Positions 57,389 to 64,000 of a stretch of DNA of 64,000 nt are shown piece after piece. A model generated the notes under the pieces. The model ran no database searches. It was not told the origin of the DNA and saw only the letters and a program-made list of their open reading frames with translations. Made by a program: the position numbers and the translations under genes. Positions within the stretch are counted from its first letter, which is position 1; each line of letters begins with the position of its first letter. This DNA is from Octopus sinensis (Eukaryota). The stretch is taken from contig NC_043002.1 of the NCBI RefSeq assembly GCF_006345805.1, positions 33,604,001 through 33,668,000 of the forward strand, read 5' to 3'.

Positions 57389-59264
57389 CTACATCGAGAA
57401 TATAATAAAATATTTTCAGTGAATAAGAGATTGTAAAGACAATATGAGTTGATAGAGTATCTGCTTGGTTGTTAGATATGCTACAAACAGCAGCTAAACA
57501 CCACTCGAATCCCGCCCAGCCACTTTAAGATCACACTGGATAACGTAGTTCTAGGTACACTATATCTGAAAATAAGATAGGATGATCGAGAATGAAACAC
57601 TTAGATTAGAGATTCTTTTGATCACTTCTAGCCTACGGTTAAACAACAACAACAAATCAGATTTTAAAATAGAATTCCTATTTTACTGACTACTCATTCA
57701 TCAGTTACTTACCTTGGTAATAGACAGGACTGTTATTGTTCTTATTACAATGTGGCAATACCAAATCCTTATCTATTTTCAGGAGACTTGGAACGTTGGT
57801 ACTAAATTAGTAGATTTGATATATTGACTAAATACATATTACTTGTTATCGAATCATGTAGTAAGAATTACCTCAGAGCTTGATGCCCTGAAACATTCGA
57901 AAGGTAAAAAGATATAAAAAAAAATAAAGATCAGATGTAGTAGCAAAAAGAACACAAATCCCAATTACCAGAACACCATCAGCCAAAACTCTGGGGTGAC
58001 AAGTGAAATCTCTTTACACCTAGAATTAAAGATAGATGAACAAACATCTCATCTCCTAACAATGCTAACCAGCTATACGAGCCATCATTGTGCAATAATA
58101 GTTTCTGATGAAAACCTTCTAACCATCGGTGAAATATAACAACCGTAAAGAAGAAAACAAATAACAACAAAACAAATGAAGTGGAATCATTTTTTCAAAA
58201 TGAGTATGAAACGCCTTCTCGTGAGGAAAATGAAGAGGCGGAAAAATAACTAATATTTCCGTTATTCAAAAATCAATAAACAGTTAATAGAGAAAATTAT
58301 TCATGTGTGGTGCCATGGACTTTCCGAAGAAGTTAAAATGAAACAAAACAGCTAGCTTTACAATATAAACAACCACCAACAAGAATATTATTGGTAAACA
58401 ATACGCCAGGCTTAAAATAGTATACTCTGGAAAGGGCCAAGTTTTTAAAACACTAAATGCCTTTAAAACATGCTTACTGGTGCATTTGGTAGCAATCGTA
58501 TACAGTTTGAGAAATGTTTAAGCGAAATGTGTTGTGGAGTGCCCTAACCAGTAAACTTTCATATTTTATTCCCTTCATTATATTTTCTTTTAATTGTTGT
58601 GTTTTATTGAATTTCTTTTCTCACTTCCATACAAGTATGCATGCGTATGTATTTGTACATGTATCTGTATGTATATATTAATGTATGTACAGGTTTGTTC
58701 TCTCAAAATCCTAATAGTCCTTTCATAAGCAGAGCAATATATTTCTCATCACTCAATCCTGGATCAGAACTTGTGGCAAAGAAATGTTGCTTGATTTTAC
58801 AAAATTAACGCAGTTACTAGTAACAGAGACAGGTCTAGAAATTCTGTTTAGTTTGTGTTAAGATAATTTTGCCTCTTAACTCAACTACTAAGCACAGTAT
58901 TTGAATTCGTGAGATCGCTTCTGTTGTTACCACTGTCCTTAGATTCAAAATTATTTCAATATTGGAGACAACTATTAATTGCTCAGTCATGTTTCATAAA
59001 TACGTTTGGTAGCCATTTTGGAAGCAAAAATATCATCTGTATAAATATATATATATTTTCTAAATTTACAAAGCAAAATTCTTATTCTACTTTCGAAAAT
59101 CGAGTGTAGGTTTTCCTTCGTTCTTTTTTACGAGTATTCCAAGGAAATTTTTATTTACTAATGTGTGAATAAATCGTGTCTCAGAGAAGAAAAGTGACGT
59201 CTTCACACTACATGAGTCGGATATAACAACAGCAAAAATAACAACAATGACAATAATAATAATA

Positions 59265-59324
<60 letters not shown>

Positions 59325-59399
59325 CAACAACAACAGCAACAATTTCATTACTAACCATAACGGTTTGGAGAGATACAGACATATACAAACAAACGCTCA

Positions 59400-60220
59400 A
59401 CAAAGTGCTTGCAAAGACAAGTGAATTGAAATGGATAAGTTATACAAAGACAAATAATTAAAACAAAGTATATTAAAAATATGTAACCGACCGCTTGCAT
59501 TGACCAGGATACCCTTTTTCTCGTAATGACTCCAGTCTACTTCCTTCCTTTGTTGATAGCTACTAACATCTTCTATAAGGAACTTTCGGGTTATCGTTGA
59601 AATATAACACTTCCTAAAGTCTATGGCAAGTTTCTTCTGGTATTCAGTCTTTTCTACGTTGCTTAGTATGTGATACCATTTTCTTTTCAAACCGTACTTT
59701 GTTCGAAAATTCTTTGTATATATTCTACACGTGTCTTATTGGAGCATCATTAGTCATGCGAATGGCAGTGAATTTCATTTCGTTCTCTCGGTAGGAATCA
59801 GGAAGTTGATTCCTTCTGATAGAATATGGGATCTCCTTCGTAAAATATGAGTTCTCTCTCTGTAGGAAGTGTCTCCTCTTCTCGTGTGGTGTACATCACC
59901 TCGCATTTTGATTGCCTACTTTTTATACTTACCGTTCAACTCCAGGAAGTTCAAACCTTTCCATTATCCTGCTCTCGATGAAGGCCGATTAATTGCTCCA
60001 TACACCTCGCAGTCGTCGAAGATGGATGCGAAGATGTGCCTTGTGGAAATTCTGATCTCGATGATGAATATCACATCTATATCTAGTTGAAAATGTGACC
60101 TTCTTCCAAGGGAAACCCAGGGTATGTACATTTATACTTCCTATTATGAGTATCGCCATTCTGGCGTGAAAACTGGACTTAGTGTGGTTACTTACCTCGG
60201 ACTTGTGGAAAGACAAGTAA
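59400..60220 (-). mobile_element. Ancient Tx1-like ORF2 endonuclease relic
   Basis: MAILIIGSINVHTLGFPWKK resembles MLRIGSINVRGLGSPWKQ at 35803; many stops downstream. Confidence 0.55.
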
Positions 60221-61078
60221 TGCAGTCTTCATGAAATGGGGATTTTTGAATGGATCCTCCACAAGCCTTTAGTCTGGTTTTGTATTGCGTGATTTTAAAA
60301 CTCTGTTTATTGGCGTTACTGCCAAGCATTTATTTGATGGGGACCTCAATGCGAATCTCTCAAAGCCCTCTCTTTGGCATGTACTTGTTCTGTATTATAT
60401 AAACCTCCAGTTCTTTGTTGCTTTTTTTTTTACAACAGCGGAATTTCGTATGTCAAAGTTTATCTGTTATTGTTACTTTTGCAGTTCTACATTTCTTAGG
60501 GGATTTTTGCTCTTCTTCTTTGTAATTATGCTGGTAAATGACTAGTTTCTTATCTTTTTCGTTAGTCATTTACGTTTTTACTTTTTTTCATGATGAGCTG
60601 AATGGTCACTAGTATTTTTTTTTTTTTTCCCTTCCGTGCCAGTGTTTTGTTAGGTTCTGACCTCCCCACTTCCCCTCTTCATTTGTTGAGGAATATGAAG
60701 GAAAATGGATCTCTGGTTGGTGGATGTATGTGTGCTTGTGCCATTTGTGCTCGTGTTGGTTTTGACCTGAAGATAGGAACGTTCCTTTGGGATTATTGTT
60801 TCGAAGCTGGTCCTGACCACTTTTTATGTATTGGTTATCTTTTATCTTTTAATTATTATAGTCACTGGACGGCGGTCATGCTGGGGCATCACCTTAAAGG
60901 ATTTTAGTCGAACAAATCGACCCCAATACTTATTCAGATATTCTTAGACGGAGTCGCATCTAAGAATATCTGAAGAAGGAAATATCATCGGACTATGGAT
61001 AACTAAATTAAAACAGATATATAGTCCATTTTTTTATATTATAGTGCATTGTTGTATCATTCAAAACTTTTTATTCAT

Positions 61079-61112
<34 letters not shown>

Positions 61113-61434
61113 ATATATATACGACAGTGGACTTCTGTCAGTTTCTGTCTACCAAATCCACTCACAAGTTTGTGATCGGCTCGAAGCTATAGTAGAAGAC
61201 AGCCAAGGTACTACGTTGCTACGCAGTAGGACTGAACCCAGAACCATGTGGTTGGAAAGCAAGTTTCTTACCACACATCCATACCTGCTCCCGCCAGTGT
61301 TTGTGATTAGGTCTTTACAAAATGTGTAGAAATAAACAAACACACCAACACTAGTTTACTGCGATTCCATAGTTTACTCTTTAAACCACTAACACATAAC
61401 TGTAGGGGAAATTCACTCATGGATCCTCAGTTCC

Positions 61435-61791
61435 AGACTGTAGCCATGCTGGAGCACCGCCTTTAGTCGAGCTAATCAACCCCAGGACTCATTCTTTGTA
61501 AGCCTAGTATTTATTCTTTCGGTCTCATAGAACCGCTAAGTTACGGGAACGTAAACATACCAACATCGGTTGTCAAGCGATGTTGGGGGGACAAACACAG
61601 ATACACAAACATATACAGATACGTACATATATATATACAACGGGCTTCTTTCAGTTTCTGTCTACCAAATCCACTCACAAGGCTTTGGTCGGCCCGAGGC
61701 TGTAGTAGAAGACACTTGCCCAAGGTGCCACGCAGTGGGTGTGAACCCGGAACGATGTGGTTGGTAAGCAAACTACTTACCACACAGCCAA
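61435..61791 (-). mobile_element. SINE family A (second partial copy ~61123-61292)
   Basis: reverse complement of 28702-type consensus; absent from the homologous intron of paralog A. Confidence 0.88.
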
Positions 61792-61817
61792 CACCAAGAA
61801 GAAATAATTTAACTTAC

Positions 61818-62094
61818 TCCCAGTATTCTTCAACAGATGACTTCAGTACCAGAGATGAAGATACATTAACATCCAACGTTGTGTTTAGCATCGTATCTAA
61901 CGTAGAATTATCTCGAGAATTTTTCATCAAATAAATTGAGTCATAGCAAAGATGTGTATTCCAGGTGTTATTACAAGTACTCCAGGCAAGTGTGGGGTGC
62001 ATGGAAGTGTACAGGTAGTACAGTACCCAGGCTATGATCACATTGTAGTAGATACCAATAAGGGCATTTATTATAACCATTGCAGTGCCAACAC
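61818..62094 (-). CDS. SLC6 paralog B exon (TM3 + EL2)
   Basis: ttgtag acceptor, GA|gtaagt donor; GVGTAMVIINALIGIYYNVIIAW...WSTCNNTWNTHLC...EEYWE. Confidence 0.95.
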
Positions 62095-62546
62095 CTACAA
62101 AAGAACAAAAACACCAGTCAACAACAGCCGATTAAGGAACATTTATGTTGTTCAGACAGAGATAAGCCATTAAATCACCTTCAGATCACAAGCTGCCATT
62201 TTAATAAAAATGGACACATTAGTAAATGTATGTCAAGATGCACTATACCTGAAAATAATGGAATATTAACAGCCTGGTTAATTATAACTGACCTAATCCT
62301 AATCAACCACAAGCAATTGCAATAAACGTGAGATTTTAAAAAGGTCAAGCGATCTGCTGGGCATTGCAGTCAAGTCTCCTTTAAAATGCACACTAATGTC
62401 TAAAAAAAGGATACATTATATATTCCGTCGCCTTAAAAAGTGTAATTTGTGTGTCTTTGATTATATATCTACTCGATTAGGTTGGTCCTTGGTCTAAATA
62501 ACAACGATAACAACAGTAACAGCAATATAATAAAATGAAGATTTAC

Positions 62547-62678
62547 CTTTAAAAAGGGGGCACATAACCCATACTTTTCCTGGCCCTAAATTTGCAAATT
62601 GGGCAACAGCATTTTCAAGCAGTAATGTCGGGATGGCAGCAAATATCATAAATATAAAAAACGGAATGAGGAACGCTC
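62547..62678 (-). CDS. SLC6 paralog B exon (TM2); TM1 exon presumably beyond right edge
   Basis: aaacag acceptor, AAAG|gtaaat donor; GAFLIPFFIFMIFAAIPTLLLENAVAQFANLGPGKVWVMCPLFKG; same length and phase as 2043-2174. Confidence 0.95.
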
Positions 62679-63477
62679 CTGTTTAGAGAAAATAACGAGA
62701 CGCGATTAGATCTGAACGATTGTGAAATAAGAAAAGAGAGGGATAATGAATACATGTAGGATATGAGAGAAATATTGTGAACAAAGGATATAAGATAAGG
62801 GAGTAGAATATAGTGAGGGGGAAATATAAAGTGAATAAGGTGAACAAAGTGACTAAACGATAAAGATTGATTGAAGCATAATAGAAAATAATATAGTGAG
62901 TGATCGAGACACAAAGATATGATGTGAAACAGAGAGAATAAGAGAAAGCCAAATGCATATTTGAAAAAAATTTAGGATACGGTGTGTGTTTCTTGCAAAG
63001 ATACTGTACGATCAATCATTAAGGTGAATGCTGGCCGTTTCCACATATACCTGTGCAGTTCCTCCCAATGCACTTTTGGTCAATCAACAACCTAATATTT
63101 TTTTAATACACCTAGTTATTCCATTAACCATATCTATTATCCAACATTTTTGTGCATCACGTGTTATCACAACCTAAGAAACACAAAGAACAACATCGTA
63201 TTCACCTTCTATACATCTCCGTCTCTTCCTTCTAATCTCAACTGGGTTTTGGAACAGTGTATTTGCAGATTTGACTGGTGAGGGACTTTACTTCGGATTA
63301 TCTGGAGTACAAGAATGATCACAAGATTTTGTTAGCCTGATGCATCTTTATCAACAGAAATATTCTTTTCTACTCTAGGCACAAGGCCCGAAATTTGGGG
63401 GGAGAGAGCCAGTCATTAGATATATATATATATATAGATATATATATATAGATATATATATAGATATATATATACAT

Positions 63478-63512
<35 letters not shown>

Positions 63513-63590
63513 TATATACATATATATATATATATATATAATATATATATATATGTATGTATATATATATATACATATATAATATATATA

Positions 63591-63744
<154 letters not shown>

Positions 63745-63765
63745 ATATATATATATATTATATAT

Positions 63766-63828
<63 letters not shown>

Positions 63829-64000
63829 CGGTAAAGGATCAAGTTCTGATGGTTGTAAATTTAATGACGTCACTTTTCTCCGTTAGGCTGGCCGTCTTAA
63901 ACATGTCTCTTCGGCTTCATCGATGTTTTGGTCAAATATTTTTGTCCAGAATTCTAGGTGCTTGACTTCCTGATGACGTTATTTGTTTGTTGAACATTTT

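Overview
Eukaryotic, very microsatellite-rich DNA. It is most likely from an octopus or other coleoid cephalopod; this is inferred from recognisable tRNA-derived SINE families and (AT)n/(GATA)n density, not from a search. The only host genes I can support are two tandem, minus-strand paralogs of an SLC6/NSS Na+-coupled transporter. Paralog A has 3 coding exons at 5870-6022, 2043-2174 and 277-553 and runs off the left edge. Paralog B has 11 coding exons from 62678 down to 42585; its TM1 exon lies beyond the right edge and its terminal exon is unresolved. All exons have GT-AG boundaries and compatible phases. The proteins carry unusual substitutions at ion and substrate sites (LeuT numbering: G26T, A22V, Y47F, N286D, F259I, I359H). 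The rest is transposon-derived. It includes a near-full-length Tx1/L1-clade LINE plus two partial relatives, all joined to (GATA)n/(TATC)n arrays, which suggests a GATA-microsatellite-targeting retrotransposon; a paralogous empty site is also present. There is also a defective Tc1, mariner, Gypsy, RTE, CR1-group and R4-like relics, Penelope-like relics with several hammerhead-ribozyme-like motifs, many SINEs, an old ~16 kb-offset segmental duplication, and about ten near-perfect fold-back palindromes. Most ORF-track entries (IYIY, CVCV, YLSI) are microsatellite artefacts. Exon coordinates were read base by base; repeat boundaries are approximate.
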